From Takakia lepidozioides (lineage: Eukaryota; Plantae; Bryophyta): a stretch of 64,000 nt of DNA. Positions 11,548 to 25,142 of the stretch are shown here, one piece after another; position 1 is the stretch's first letter; each line of letters begins with the position of its first letter. The notes beneath the pieces were generated by a model. It made no database searches and was not told the origin of the DNA. It saw nothing but the letters and a program-made list of their open reading frames with translations. The DNA lies in the NCBI GenBank assembly GCA_030704615.1, contig CM060732.1, forward strand, positions 74,958,001 to 75,022,000, given 5' to 3'. Both the position numbers and the translations under genes were made by a program.

Positions 11548-11875
11548 GTGCCATCCGAAAATTGAGGAAAACCATGCAGAGCTGACAAGTTCATCTGGGC
11601 AGATGACACGGGCTTGGTATGTGCCTGACACTTGCTTTGCATGGCACAATGTGGAGGAGCATAAGGTATTTTCTCTTTGCCACCACAGTGAGATTGCTTT
11701 GGGGCTCATCAGCATGGCCCATGGGACGCCTCTGCGGGTCATCAAGAACTTTTGGATGTGTAGTGATTGCCACATGGCCACCAAGTTCATCGCAAAGATT
11801 GTGGGATGAGCAATTGTTGTACAAGATGCCAGCCGTTTTCACCACTTCCAAGAGGGGTTTTTTCTCCTGGTGAAA
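11548..11875 (+). pseudogene. Degenerate DYW cytidine-deaminase domain remnant
   Basis: Shifted frame reads HPKIEE..YVPDT...[55 protein letters not shown]. KLA after HSE is missing, there is an internal TGA, and there is no DYW tripeptide. Confidence 0.85.
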
Positions 11876-12642
11876 CATGGAACATGAATGAGAATGTTTT
11901 TGGATGTGACCAATCACTGCCCCTCTGAGTGGCCCATTGTGATGATCCCAGTTCAAACATACCTTTCTTTCCCTGAAGATGGCACTGCAGAGCAGGTGAC
12001 AGATTTTGCTAAGATTGGTAGGCATGGAGTGAATTTTGAAGTAATGGAGGTTGGAAGTTTTGCACCAAACAATCCGGGGGATCCCTAAAATAGTTGAAGA
12101 TAGGATGGTTGAGGGTGGTTTTTTTTAACATTCTCTATGCTTGCCGATTCCTATTCATTGTACTTGCGCCAAAAGCTGGAGAAGCTTTCAAAATGACTAC
12201 TTCCAACTTGGATGAAACAGCAAGCAAATGCAAGAGCTGAGGTCAGTCTTGCACTTACAACTATATCAGTTCTGGTACAGGTTTTCGTTGGCGGGTCACC
12301 AAATTCCAAATGGGCGGCATGCATCCAGTTCATGGAAGTACGATTAAACAAGGTGTTTCATCTGTTATTTCTAAAATGTCAAAATATCACTGAAAGGGGC
12401 CACTTCCTCTTTGTCAACCTGTAAATACTTACGGTCATGTTCGAGAGGACCAAGGAGGCATCAGAGAGCACTTATTATATTGTGAATACCGACAGAGTGG
12501 GAGACGGAGTAAGCCAGGCGGGACTCGGGAGGGAGAAGAAACCCTAGGGCTCACGGCTCCACCCGAGCCGAACCTACACTAGTACAGGTTTGGAGACAGG
12601 TTCGGAATTTCCTGACCTAAAATGTATTCCACTGACGTAGCA

Positions 12643-12978
12643 CGATTAGGTCTCGGTGTATTTTAAGTCGATTAAGTCTAGGTGTATCCTTAGTCGATTA
12701 GGTCTACTTGTATTTTAGGTCGATTAGGTCTCCGTGTATTTTAGTCGATTAGGTGAACGTATTTAAAGTCGATTAGGCCTACGTGTATTTGGGTCGATTA
12801 GGCTTACGTGTATCTAAAGTCGATGAGGTGTACGTGTATTTTTGGTCCTTAGGTCTCCGTGACTTTTTAGTCGATTAGGTCTCCTTGTCTTTTTAGTCGA
12901 TTAGGTGAAGTTGTATTTAAAGTCGATTAGGTCCACGTGTATTTTGGGTCGATTAGGTTTACGTAGGTTTAAAGTCGA
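12643..12978. repeat. Minisatellite, about 13 copies of a 25-27 bp unit (GTCGATTAGGTCTACGTGTATTTTA-like)
   Basis: CGATTAGG recurs about every 26 nt. Confidence 0.9.
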
Positions 12979-14499
12979 GCGAGTCTGACGCGTGCGGCAG
13001 AGTGGTTAAATAGCAGGCGCGCAACTCAGAGAGGGTGGAGGGGTTTCAAGCTCGTTGCATCGCAGAAACCATGGCGGCTAGTCGCCTTGCTGCTCTGATT
13101 CTGTGTTTTCTGTCTGTTCTATCTGTGTTCTGTTTGAGCTCGTTGTGTACTTGGGTTGCTTCTTAGTAGCTACTCCATGAATGGTATTCAAGTATGTTTG
13201 TGGTTCATTCTTTGTCTCCCTCTTTGAGTTTTCTTTATCTTGTTGGTTCCGATGGCCTCCGAATCACGGCTTGTAGTCTCGTGTCGTTGGATGACTGTTT
13301 AGAAGGGAAAGGTTTCTCAGTGATGACGACAAGATGACGAGACTGAGTGTTTAGGTCTCAGGCGTAGGCAGGACGGGTCTAGAGCGGAGTGTTCTACTTC
13401 GTTTTCTGCTTTTCCTGTCTCAGCCTTTTTCCGCTGGCTTGCCAGTTGCACTGAAGCATAAACGAGGCATTTGTCTGAGAGAAACCTACGAGGTCGTACT
13501 AAGAATGTCCATCGACATTATCGAATCCGGCCTTATGTCGAGTGAGTTCTAGTCGTGGTTTCTTCATATCAAGTGTTACCCAACTAACGCGTTTCGAGAG
13601 AGTTTGCCTCGCTGCACGGTTTGGTTCAATCGTGTCATTTGACTGTCATGTAGGTGAAAGGTAGTGTAGCCGTCCATCTCTTGTCAGGTCGCTGTGGCTT
13701 GAGTGATGATTCATTCCTTTCACGACGGTCATCAGAGCTATTGAGCAATGTTGATTTCAATCTGGAAAATTAATCTGACAAGCTCAAGTTGTCGAGAAGT
13801 TACTAGTAGTTTTTGTGGATTTCCAGGATGGCAGCTTGATTGTCGATCTTTTGATATGAAGGGTGGCGTGTACTCACTGCAAGGCCATCGTTTCATTGTT
13901 CTGTGTTTGTTATTGTGTTGGATGATCCTGATGGAGGTCATGCCTTGTGGATAATCCTCCCCTTATTGCAGCTATTTCGTGTAAAACGATTCATGGGGCC
14001 TGATGATGCAACTTAAATCTTTGAGACCTGACTGCCTCCTGAGGCTTTGATGACAGACAAGCTGAAGGCTTTCCCCTGAACACTGATGTTTTATGACTTC
14101 GAGGTGAGCACAATTGAAGTTACGATGCCACCACAGATGACCACGAGTGTATTCCACTAACAAGACACCGTATTGTGCGAAAACGCATACAACAATTCGG
14201 GGCCTTGCCATCCTGTAGAATGGAAGAGAACAAACCGTTCCAGAAGGGTATAACCTGTTCTCATTACGCCAGCATTGTCCGTGCTTGCTTTACGCCAAGG
14301 TGCAGATTGCAACTGCCGTGACAAAGAAGTGTATGTGTTAACTCCATGGTTTGAGCAGGAAGAAGGAAAACGAAAGCCTCTTGATTATTGATACATCCAA
14401 CAGCTACTCCAACAGATGCTGCAGGGCTTGACCTATGACCTACCGCATGATTCTTCTGGCCTATATGCCAGCAACCAGTAAAAGTGTCGTACAGGTTCT

Positions 14500-16400
14500 T
14501 GTGTCACAGATTGCTGCCAAGGAAAAATACGTCTATCTGCAAAACCATCAGCCTCAACCAATGAGATGTCCACTGGAGGGAAAACGAAAATGTCCACTGT
14601 GAGGGAAAATTTGCAGAAACTTTACATAGTCGTTGATCTCCCCAAGCATTGATGCCACGTCTGTCTGCATGTGAATGAGCCAACAAATAAGATGCAAATA
14701 GCCGTAAAACTTGACATCATACCCAAGAGAATGATTGATTTCGTCAGAAGATTAACTGCCATGAATTGAAAGGACAACTTCACTGACATCCTTGCACCTC
14801 TTAAACTGGTGCCGATATCCCATAAGATAACACCAGGTTCCTGTCAGATTGGATCCCATCAACCACCCATCCCAATTGCCTTGCATCAAGGTGTGGCAGA
14901 CCTTGTTGCAGTTGGGAACAAGCTCCTGCAGTGCTTCCAGGCGCTCAGCGATCCGTTCTCTTCGCTTGGTGTGAATGAAAAAGTTATGAATGTGAATGCC
15001 AAGAGTTGGTATCACTCACTCCCATACACAGAGGATGTACAAAGATATAACTACATGCGAGGGCGGGCTGCCCATGGTTTTACTTGTCAATCAGTTAGAT
15101 GTGCTGTCCCTGCTTACCCGATACATAGCACGTCAGCAGGAGTACCGTTTCTCTGATGACTGCTTATCGATATTGAACATTGGAAGGTTACAGTACACAG
15201 AAAGAGGGACAGAAAGAAAGGATGTTCTAAGAAAAAGAGAGAGGTGATCAGCTGAAAGGAGTGACCCAAATCCACAAATAGAGATGTAGCCCTGATCATT
15301 CGCTATGGCAGTGAAGGCAGATGCATCTTCCAGTTCTATTGCACCTGGTGCAGCCCCCTCAACACTGCAAAGAGACCTCTCCATACCTGCCCTTGCCGAG
15401 TCAGCATGGCTACAATGTACAGATAATATGCAAGCATAGTCGTAGGTGCATATTCCAGACACAAACATTGCAATGTGCCAAAATCAGCAGGCTTCTTCTC
15501 CCTCAAATTATACATACAACATGGAGCAGCTGCCATCCACTCCAGCACCATAAGAGTGCTTCCCAATGTTGGCATCACTAGCTCTAAATGTGAAGCATCC
15601 TCACAACTGACTGCAGAAGCAAAGTAAAGAGGGCCTAGGCTACTGCTAGCAGCCCTCCTGCAAACACAGAAGCTGTGACAACCTTCCTCTGTCCAGAAGA
15701 TTCCGCCCTTACCCCTGACTGCACACTGTGGACCCTAGAAGTACTCATTGCAGGGGCCCATGGAAAATGAATGAACCCGTATCAGTAGCGTGACCACGAC
15801 GAGCACGCTTAAACCTCCTCCAAGACCTCCGGGAATCCCTCCTGGAAACTGCATGCAGCTTTCCTGTCCTCCATACCCTTGCCTTAGCTGTGACTCCGTC
15901 TGGCCACCACCCTGCAATCAGCCGAAAACACCATTTCGTTGAGCAAAGAGGCACCGTTGCAGGTCTTCATCAAGAAAACTACAAACGACAATGGACCACT
16001 GGGCTGGTAACAGGGCTTTGGCCAGTGGGACCAAACCTACATGTATCAGAAGTCCATCCAAACTACAGCAGGAAGAAATGGAATTGAGACCGGAGACAAT
16101 TGGAATTGATGGAATTCTGCAGTCCCATCAACCTGCAATTTCGGTATGCAAGCACGCTCGTTTTCCGCACAATTCCTCGACTCCTCTCCGCCATCCCTGC
16201 ACTGCACAGCGAAGGAAAGCAGAGCACTGCACGGAGCGCGACAGAGACACACACAGTCACGGTGGCTTCTCCCATTGGCCTTCCTCCTACGTGGTAAGAA
16301 GGAGTACCTCCAGGAAGGTTGTGTCGAAGGCAACTGCCGCAGAATTGTCAGCTCCGTCGTCGCTGTTCCTAATTAGTTCCTTACTTTTCCTACCCATTTC
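14500..16400 (-). pseudogene. Degraded inverted copy of the LRL bHLH gene
   Basis: Reverse-complement matches to 38450-41000 ([36 protein letters not shown]). Most of exon 1 is deleted, and an insertion of about 560 bp splits the bHLH exon. Confidence 0.85.
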
Positions 16401-16816
16401 AGACTGGTAAAATATACTTTTACAAAATGTTCTTTTTGTAAACGAACTTTACTCTTAGTGTCTTTTTTCTAATCACCCAAACGGAAATAGCATACTTTTT
16501 CCATTATGTGAGTAACTTTCGAAAATACAGCTTATCTTTTTCCCCTCTATCTTTTCATTCAGTAAAAAGCGGCTAAACCGAGATGTTAGGTAAAGTAAAA
16601 GAGCCAATATCAGAGGTATATAATGGGTGAGCTTAAGCTGCTCTCTATCACACACGGACCAAGCAAGTTCCTTGTGTTAAGTTCCTTGTGTTTTGTTTGT
16701 GGTCGTATCTCTTTCACAAAATTCTCTCTGCACTCACTTTGTTCTGGTCTTCTGTGCGCAATAGTTTTGGAGTTTGGGTGTGTTGAGGTGCGATTAGCGG
16801 TATAACAACGGGCATC

Positions 16817-18846
16817 ATGTGTCCCGTGATGCTGTTTTCGGTGGTACTTTTAGCTACAACTTGGAGCATACAGGCTCGACCCCTCGGGAATGTCAAACCG
16901 GCATGCCCATCCGGTGCTTTGTTTATGTTTGGCGACTCACTTTCAGATACCGGGAATGACCAGTTAGCCTTCCCATCAAATGAATTACTACATTTGAACA
17001 GACCGTATGGAGAAACTTTTTATGGACACCCTGTTGGCCGTTATTCCAACGGTCGTCTTGTGATTGACTTCATAGGTAAGCGTCTCGTGGATTTTCAAAC
17101 CATGAGATTTCAATTCCACTGTAATGAGATTCACATGACATCTTGGCAAATACATCAATATTGTTATATTTGTGAAACTCGCTGATTTTTTATCTTTCTT
17201 AGTTATTTTAATGACATTAGTAAGTCTATAAGTTTACAGGCACGTTTCAAGTATGTTTTGTTTGATTGAGAACCATCTTCATATCGTAGTGTAATTGTTT
17301 GATGATGTGGTTTATGCGAAAAACAGCTCACGCACTTGGATTTCCATTTCTCACCCCTATCCAAGCATACATTACAAATGTTACGGACCCCGATTTTCGT
17401 CATGGGGTCAATTTTGCATAAGCTGGAGCCACTGCACGAAATGACGACTATATAGTTCCGTATCATCTGGAGCTGCAAGTGGAGCAATTTTTGGATTTCA
17501 AATCTAATGCAAATTGTAAGTTTTTCTGCTAAAACTGGACATTATAATTAATCTACTTGTATAAACTTGTCATATAACGTAAACAGATATCTGCCAGAAA
17601 GTTTCCAGTCCATTATGTTTTAATACATCTGCTCAAAATCACATACTTTTATATTTGAATAACTTATTTATAATGTGATTTTTAAAAAACAAATCATGAT
17701 CTAAAACATGTTTTCAATGTGCAGCAAAACTAGCGGAAGAACAACGGCCCACATCACCAGCCTATGAAAATGGCTTATACATTATCCATGCAGGAGGCAA
17801 CGACTTTTCATATCAGTACCTACAAAACATAGCACCTGCAAACGTCTCCGAATTTACTGTACCTGAATCAGTGGCAGCAATTTCAGCTGCTACAGAGGTA
17901 GGTTTCTCAATCGTATAATTTGTATAATATTTTCATTGAAACATATTATTATGTGTTAATAATTGTAGTTTCAATTTTAGAGAGCACATGATACTTTTCA
18001 ATCTAAATCGCTGTAGAACCATTGTAACAAAGAGCAGTGTATTACAGAAATCTGTCGATGTCATTTGAATCTATGAAAGACTGTAAACTAAATTACTTGT
18101 TATAATTGTGACTGCAGACTCTATATAATACTGGAGCTCGAAACTTTTTTATTTTCAACAACCCAGCAGAAGGATGCGCTACAATTTTCCTCTCCAATTT
18201 TGGCAATGACAATTTTTCCAGAGACGAGTATGGATGCTTGATCCCACACAATGAAGTTGTCTTGGCCTACAACCGCGGGTTGGAAAGAATGATTAAAGAT
18301 TTGCGTCGGCGATTGCCAGGAATTACAATTCATTTTGGTCGTTACTATGATATCAACTTCGACATTGTAAAAAATCCACAACAATATGGTAAGATCCAAA
18401 TATAATATTTATAATTAAATGCAAACTTTATTTTCTGTGCATTTAAATAACAACATTTGTTTCAGTAAAAACGGTATTTTGCGCCGCTTTTGCTTAATCT
18501 CTACTGCATACACTTTGATTTTGTTGATTGACTTATAATCCCATCGTTTATGTCTTTAGGATTTCCAAAAGAGAACATCTTTGAGGCAGCTTGTGGATAT
18601 GGGCATCCATATAATTTCAACAAGGCTGTGATGTGCGGAAACAATGGAACCTTTGAAGGGAAAACTGTGGATTTGGACACCTACAAATCTCGTGATCCCA
18701 CCAAATATATTATTTGGGACGGAATTCACTTTACTGAATCATTTTACAAGATTGTAGCAAAATCTTTTTTAACGGGACAGTATTTGGACCCTCCCACTGA
18801 TTTCATCACCCAATGCAACTTGAACTCAGAGTATTTTCTAGAGTGA
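16817..18846 (+). pseudogene. GDSL esterase/lipase copy A (5 exons), premature stop in exon 2
   Basis: FGDSLSDTGN block I, GRYSNG, GVNFA*AGA (TAA at 17419-17421 where copy B has TAC), GGND and WDGIHFTE. Confidence 0.9.
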
Positions 18847-19699
18847 CCGCGATGTATTAGTTGACTATCATGGGTTAATTCATTCCTGCGGACTTGGCCT
18901 CAATTTCCGGCAGTGCCCTCATTCATTTAGGAAGTAGAACCTTTTCTTTGCTCTTTGTGGTTTTCATTTTTCCCCTTTATTAATAAAATGCTGAGGGCCT
19001 CTTGCCCTCTTAAGTAAAATTTATTGTGGGATTCTTTGGCTGCTCCACAATCTGAAGACTCCCTAAAGTCCACAATCTCTTCATGTCGTTGAGCAACATG
19101 GAGGGATTATGGGGATACTGTGGACAAAGTGGGACATCAAAACAACCCTCTCTCACATGAGAATGTCAATTAAAGCCTACAGGCTCTCCACACCTCAAAT
19201 GACAAGAGCGTGAAGTGTGTTTCCTCGAGCATGGGATTACAGCTTCTATGACTGAACATAAGCAGCAAGCAGAGGAGTAAACCTTCTGTCCTGTTCTGCC
19301 TGTGGATTCCTTGCAACTAATGCACCCTTCAGATGTTCCACGTGATCAAATTCCCCTCGAAAATATTACCTGATCAGCCTCTGCAGACCTACTGCATACA
19401 GAAAACCCCCACCAAAGGCTGGACTTTACTGACAAGAAAACAGTAGGTCACGTTTGTGGCTTTCCTACATTTTCTGGCGAGAAGTCGGCAAATTAGCTAT
19501 TCCATTTGAAAACCCAGAAACCAGATTCAATCCTGTCCTTGGGTATTCAACAATTCCACTGAATGCACACAGGAGCTGATGTGGTACTTAAGGCCACAAC
19601 CTCTGAAGCTTTGCATCACAACAAAGGTGCTAAATCAGACAAAGCACAATCCACCATTATTACCATCTTCCCCTTGCTCATTCCCCAAAATTTTTCAAT

Positions 19700-20260
19700 T
19701 GGGCAAGCTTGGGGACACTACACGGTGTTTGGTACAAGTCAGATAAAATGCTCACACTACACAGTGGAGAAGAGGCACCATAAGGAGGGAAACATGTATT
19801 TCTGATGGCAGGTCAGCCAATGCAAACATGAAAGTCTGGCTCGATTTTAAAGTCAAAGCCAAGCTAAATGGGGATAATACTCTTACAACATATCTAAGGA
19901 AGCGCGTCCAAGAGACCCAATATCTGTTTCCCAGCAGCACAACCAAGATAGCTGCAGCTACCTCTGTGAGCTATGTTCTACTGAACAGTAAGCAAAAGAG
20001 ATTACCAATAGATTCAACACTAGTACATAATCAGGTACATTATTGGCACTCTTGCTGTCAACAAGTACCTTTTATCCTCAACCAATGAGATGTCCACCGG
20101 AGAGAGAAAATGACCTCACCTTCACTTGAATTTGCAGAAACTTTACATAGTCGATGATCTCCCCAAGCATTGATGCCTTGTCTGTCTGCATGTGAACCGA
20201 GCCAACAAATAAGATGCAAATAGCCATAAAACTTGCCATAATACCCCAGAGAGTGTACCA
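19700..20260 (-). pseudogene. Second LRL fragment ([22 protein letters not shown] exon and ALADLPSE piece)
   Basis: Near-identical reverse complement of about 40780-41250. Confidence 0.85.
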
Positions 20261-20263
20261 AAT

Positions 20264-20530
20264 ATGATGCTGAGTACAAGCCATGTCGACATATACGCCA
20301 GATGTGGGAGCATTGAGGATACAAAGCAAATATTTAACAGCATGGCTGAACAAAATGTGGTGTCATGGGGTGCAATGATCACAGCATATGCAGAGCAGGG
20401 GTATGGGATGGACGCTTTGGAGACCTATGAGCAAATGGTGCGTGAAGGGATGAAGCCGGACCAGGTCACATTTCTTTGCACTTGCAATGCCTGTGCGAGC
20501 CTGGCAACTCTGGAAAAGGGTAAAGAGGTC
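20264..20530 (+). pseudogene. Isolated PLS-PPR repeat fragment
   Basis: [39 protein letters not shown]...LEKGKEV, about one triplet, wedged between the LRL and eIF2B fragments. Confidence 0.85.
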
Positions 20531-23500
20531 AGCTTGCTGGCGTCTCCTCGTCTCTGTATTCTACAATTTTCCGGTGTGCTCGTGTGACATTACACTAGGA
20601 TCTTCCATCACAGTTGCTGGCAATGAATGTGGATTCAAATCTGCAGGCCATTTGAGAGAAGGTGGACTCAGCAGCATATCTACATTGCATGGAAAACTTT
20701 TACTTGGTCAAATTTGATTCCCATCCCACTAACCCCAAGTATCGTAGTCTCAACAGAAGTGGAACAAAGAGTTAAGGCACAACAAAGGGAGCAGCAACCA
20801 TGTGTAGGCCAACTGGAGCCAACACTCCCCCGTTCACCATCACCGCATGCGCTCCCACTATCACCTTCAGGCCCCCACACACGCAACCGAGAATGAGCAG
20901 GGTGGAATGCTGACAGAAGACAAAACAGAACATTTGTAACAAATCAACATGACTACTCTATAAGTTGATGTGTATAGCATAGAGACCCTCACAAGAGACA
21001 CAAGAGACACTTATTTTAGAGGAGGCCCTACTATCAGTTGCCACCATGGCCCTTTAAGGTAGAATAGGTGGAAATGGGACGGCTGCTCAGAATGATACAA
21101 CCTACATGAGAAAATACAATACGGCACACCATGTCTTGGCAGAATGGACGCTGGGTGAATGGAACAATGCATTGTAATCCACAACTCTTGTCCAGTTATT
21201 TGGGCTTGCAATTTGAGATCTACACAGGCTTGGGGCTTCCAAAGCCCACCGCCCAAGGGTGGTGATTAGGTGACATGATTGAGCCTCCCTACCAGTCCCA
21301 ATGATACCACAAAAGGGGGCATACCATGTTCACACGAGAAATCATTGCAAACGCTGCTGAGTCAGTGATGACCGTCGTCTGCAGGTCATGACGGTTCGCA
21401 AGCTCCTTTGCCAGTGTATGCCCCTGGTATCTGCCCCAAGATGGATGGGCTGCCTAGCTTAAACTCAAGTAGTAAAAATTTCAATATTTTCATGTGAGGA
21501 CATATCTGGATGAAGTGAAGTATCAGGGAGAGACAGTGAGAAAAAGTAGAACAGAAAAGGAGCTGTATAATGTCCAACCTTAATCTTCAGGGATCTAGAA
21601 CATTGCTTAGGTTTGGCACTTCCCTCAACATGTAGCACGAGAGAGAGAGAGCTCTACAATCATGGATCTAGGTAATTGCTCAGGTTGGGCTGTTCCAGCA
21701 TATGCATAACATTATTGCTGACATACCTGTCATCCAAAATGCTTACCTTGGTGCACCTTCTGCACTAATTACTTGAAATGATCTCTTTCTGATAACTGCC
21801 TTCAGAAAATTGAGCAAAGTGCGTGAATTTCCCAGAGTAAAAAATCACCTCGCTGTATATACACACAATATTCAGTAACAATTCATCACCACAAGGTCTT
21901 ACTACACATCTCCACCCCGTCACAAGACCAAGACAAGAGTGGGAAAAGCGGGTATACCTGCGCATCAGCTTAATGACAAAATCTTCCACTGCAGCTTGGT
22001 AATCCAACGTTGCGCCCACCATGGTTTCTTAGAGTGGTCACCCCTTCGCCTACCACTGGTTCCCTGCCAGACAGAATCCCCGCACCCGCCAAATAAAAGT
22101 AAAAGCAGGCCCTCCTCCCTCCGTCCCTCCTCCTGTTATTCCAAAGACTTTAAGAACGAGACCGAGCTCTCACACTTGTTTGATCCTCTGCAACGTACTC
22201 CTCCCAAGCAGGCAAGCTAACGGGATCCCATGACACACGTATCTCCGTTCTCTCTCTCTCTCTCTCGACGTTCCTACAAATGCGTCTCTCGGGCCATAAA
22301 GAACTTGAAATGAAAAGCAGATGAGAATTACCTCCAGAAGGGTAGTTTCTTGAATTCCAAGAGCAATCATTGTTGCAGGGTACTGTTCACTGTTTGCATT
22401 GGTCTGAATTGAGAGTGCGTGGAGCTAAAAAATGGGAGGAAAAGTATGTAATGGCTGTAGTTCGGGATTGATGTGGCTGGTCGGGCATGGGCTGCACACA
22501 TTTCCCACTTGTCTGTTTTCACTCTCGCAATTAGGTACTGCTGCATGTTCCAGAAAAGATTTTGGGACTGACACCCTTTATCAGGGAGAAGTGCTCTCAA
22601 AGATTGTTTGATCAATATTTTTGCATATGACATTGGATCTGAGGAAAACTGAGGAAATTTTTTCCAGGTACCTGACAGACAATGATATCACACAGCACTA
22701 TTGGCACCATGACAAGAAGCAACAGGGAACACCCCTTCCACCCCCCTTCCACCAACTGCCTCTGCCAGCAGAGTGAAGAGCCGGACCACGGAACAAGACC
22801 ACAAATCTAAGCAGCAACATATAATGTACTGTCTGCCCTCCATATACCATCTTCCTTTCCTGACTTCGGCTTGGGAGATGATTATATCCTAGAGATAGTT
22901 GTTGTCCTGTGCATATTGCATATGCCAAACTCTGAAATCGTTCGAATCCACGGATCAAGAAAATTCAAACAGCCAGATTTGTTTCTAATTCACCAATGCT
23001 CTGGATCACAAATGGGATTCCTGAAACCTTCATGAGATTGACAACCTACCCATACGTAATAACACGAGGAGTGTAAAAGAACACGAGGAAGAACAACTTC
23101 CTTAACACTATCATTGCCCTATCATTGCCCTATCATTGCCCAGACCTTCTCCTCATGTTTGTTTCACGAATTTGCTACCAACCCCTCATGTCTGCAGACT
23201 CGAGCGATCGTGCACAGACCGCGTTCGAGATTTACAGACATTGTGCTGGATCGAATAGGTCAGTGGAGACGAGCGGACGAGCACAAGAATAGAGGTGAGC
23301 CTTTGCTTCCATACAAGGATATAATACAGAAAGAAGTACCTCCATAGTGGTAATGTATTTCGATTATCCTCCAAAACAATATTGAAGAGCTTTTATGCAG
23401 GTAATTCTAGTTCCATGGCATGTCCATGTGGCAATCTATCTGAGTGCCATTCAATTTAAGTTTTAATAGTGAAAGAAGGGGGTTACCACATTTTGATGTG

Positions 23501-24309
23501 CGCATTCGGAATGGAGGAATGGAGCACATTATGGACGGAATGGAGCAACCCTCGGAACTAGAAATAAATTGAATGAATGCTGCTCACGTTGTCGCCGGAA
23601 CTCGTATAAATTATTATTTAATAGGTGAAGGATTTTCAGAAAATTCTGTTTGTATTTTGAGTGGAGAATCATAGGAATAATGTATGAACTTAATGCCATC
23701 TCCGACAATGTGGTATACTGGTTTCTGGCACGTCAAATCTTCCCCACCCATTCTCAAGAGTGACACAGATTGGGGTGATACCATCATCCGGGGTGACACT
23801 GAGGTGATGATCCAATTGGTGCAACTCCCACTAGATGTCACAAAATTAAATGTATAAAATGTATTAAGAGGAAGTTGCACCAAACACGGGTGAACACAGA
23901 GTGGGGTAACACAAAGTATAGGAGCTGGGGTGACACAAAGTGGGGTTACACTACCGCCTATATAGAACCGAATGCTGCACCTCATAGCTACCACCACCAT
24001 CTTATCCTAGGTTGCTCGACGCGTTATAGGAACCTCCTCCATTCTGAAATTTTTAATAGTGAGTCATAATATGTACCCCAAGCGGTTCAAAAAATGAAAT
24101 CGGCCAAAGACCATAGGACATCTAGGAGTTTGTATGAAAGGTGGTAAGTTGCATGGACCACATGGCTACTGGATGTGGGACCATATGCAGTCCATGCCCA
24201 AGTGAGCTTTGGCAAAGCTTCTAAAATAGAGAATGTTTTAGAGGGAGCGCCAAAAGTGCTTCGATAGTCGCTTAAGAGGACCAACACACGAGAATGGAGG
24301 CTTGTTATG

Positions 24310-25020
24310 AGGTGTATGACCGTTGACATAACGATGGTGAAAAATCCAACTGTGAATTTTTGTCATTTTTACCCGGGTAAAATTCATAAGGTGTTTTACG
24401 TATGGGACAACCCACAAACTTGGAACTATTTGATTTCATGGATTTTACACAAAGTTATTGGGTTTCAAAGTCGAACCAATCAGAATGCTTGTGTGCACCC
24501 AGAGCCCTATGATTTGTGGGGGTTCTATCAAACAATTGTTTGCCAAGTGGCAATAATGGAAAGTCTTGGGACCAGCAGCCTATGGTCATAGGCACTTACA
24601 GAAGCGTTATGGGGTGTTTGGTCCAGTGTTGGGCGGTTATTTCAATTTCTCTCTATTACCCGGCGGTTACCTATCCGGTTATATGTATATATGACCGGCG
24701 GAGGTGAAAAAATGAAGTAACCGGCCCAGTTAGGAACCGGCGGAGGTCACACATTCAAATAACCAAGCAGAAAACCTCTTAAAGAACCGCCCAATACCCG
24801 CGGTTATTTGATGAAAACCGCCGATTATTTGAGGTTTTTGCAAGTAACCATAACCGACAGGTTATATCTAGCCATAAAAAATTTAATAACCACAACCGCA
24901 GGTTAATAGTTTTCTAAAATTTGAAGCAACCGGAACCGCCAGTTTTGAAAAAAATCAATTAACCGCTCAACACTGGTTTGGTCATAGACGCCTGTTCGGT
25001 CATAGGCCAACTTATCCTAG
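24310..25020. mobile_element. MITE (same family as 36181-36502), interrupted by a nested hAT-type MITE
   Basis: Sequence matches 36195-36502. Right end reads CGGTCATAGGCCAACTTATCCTAG; the left terminus is eroded. Confidence 0.8.
24624..24975. mobile_element. Non-autonomous hAT-like MITE (352 bp)
   Basis: TIRs CAGTGTTGGGCGGTT / AACCGCTCAACACTG, perfect 8-bp TSD GTTTGGTC (24616-24623 and 24976-24983), many subterminal AACCG/CGGTT motifs. Confidence 0.9.
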
Positions 25021-25142
25021 AGGCTGGCGGCGGCAGGAGGAGGGGGGGTTAGTATCCTATGAGTACCCTCAAGTGAGCACAACCCACGCCGGTGGGGGGG
25101 TTGTATGTTATTAAATAGCGGTCGTAGAAGTTACATGGTTTG

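Larger units (their letters stand above)
19040..22022 (-). pseudogene. Scrambled inverted remnant of the eIF2B beta gene
   Basis: Exon 1 (MVGATLDYQAAVEDFVIKLMRR, 22022-21958) is followed by copies of exons 5, 6 and part of 7 and the 3'UTR. An exon-8 piece lies at about 19040-19130. Exons 2-4 are absent. Confidence 0.85.

Noticed and set aside
11807-11809. In-frame TGA in the DYW remnant (and TAA in GDSL) rescued by U-to-C editing or readthrough
   Set aside because: Plant U-to-C editing is organellar, and these are nuclear genes. The DYW remnant has further lesions, and the GDSL codon derives from TAC.
3422-11875. U-to-C (DYW:KP-type) editing factor
   Set aside because: The remnants show a standard PG box and HSE/CxxC features; I see nothing diagnostic of the KP clade.
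12643-12978. CRISPR array
   Set aside because: Units are head-to-tail degenerate repeats with no unique spacers, and there are no cas genes.
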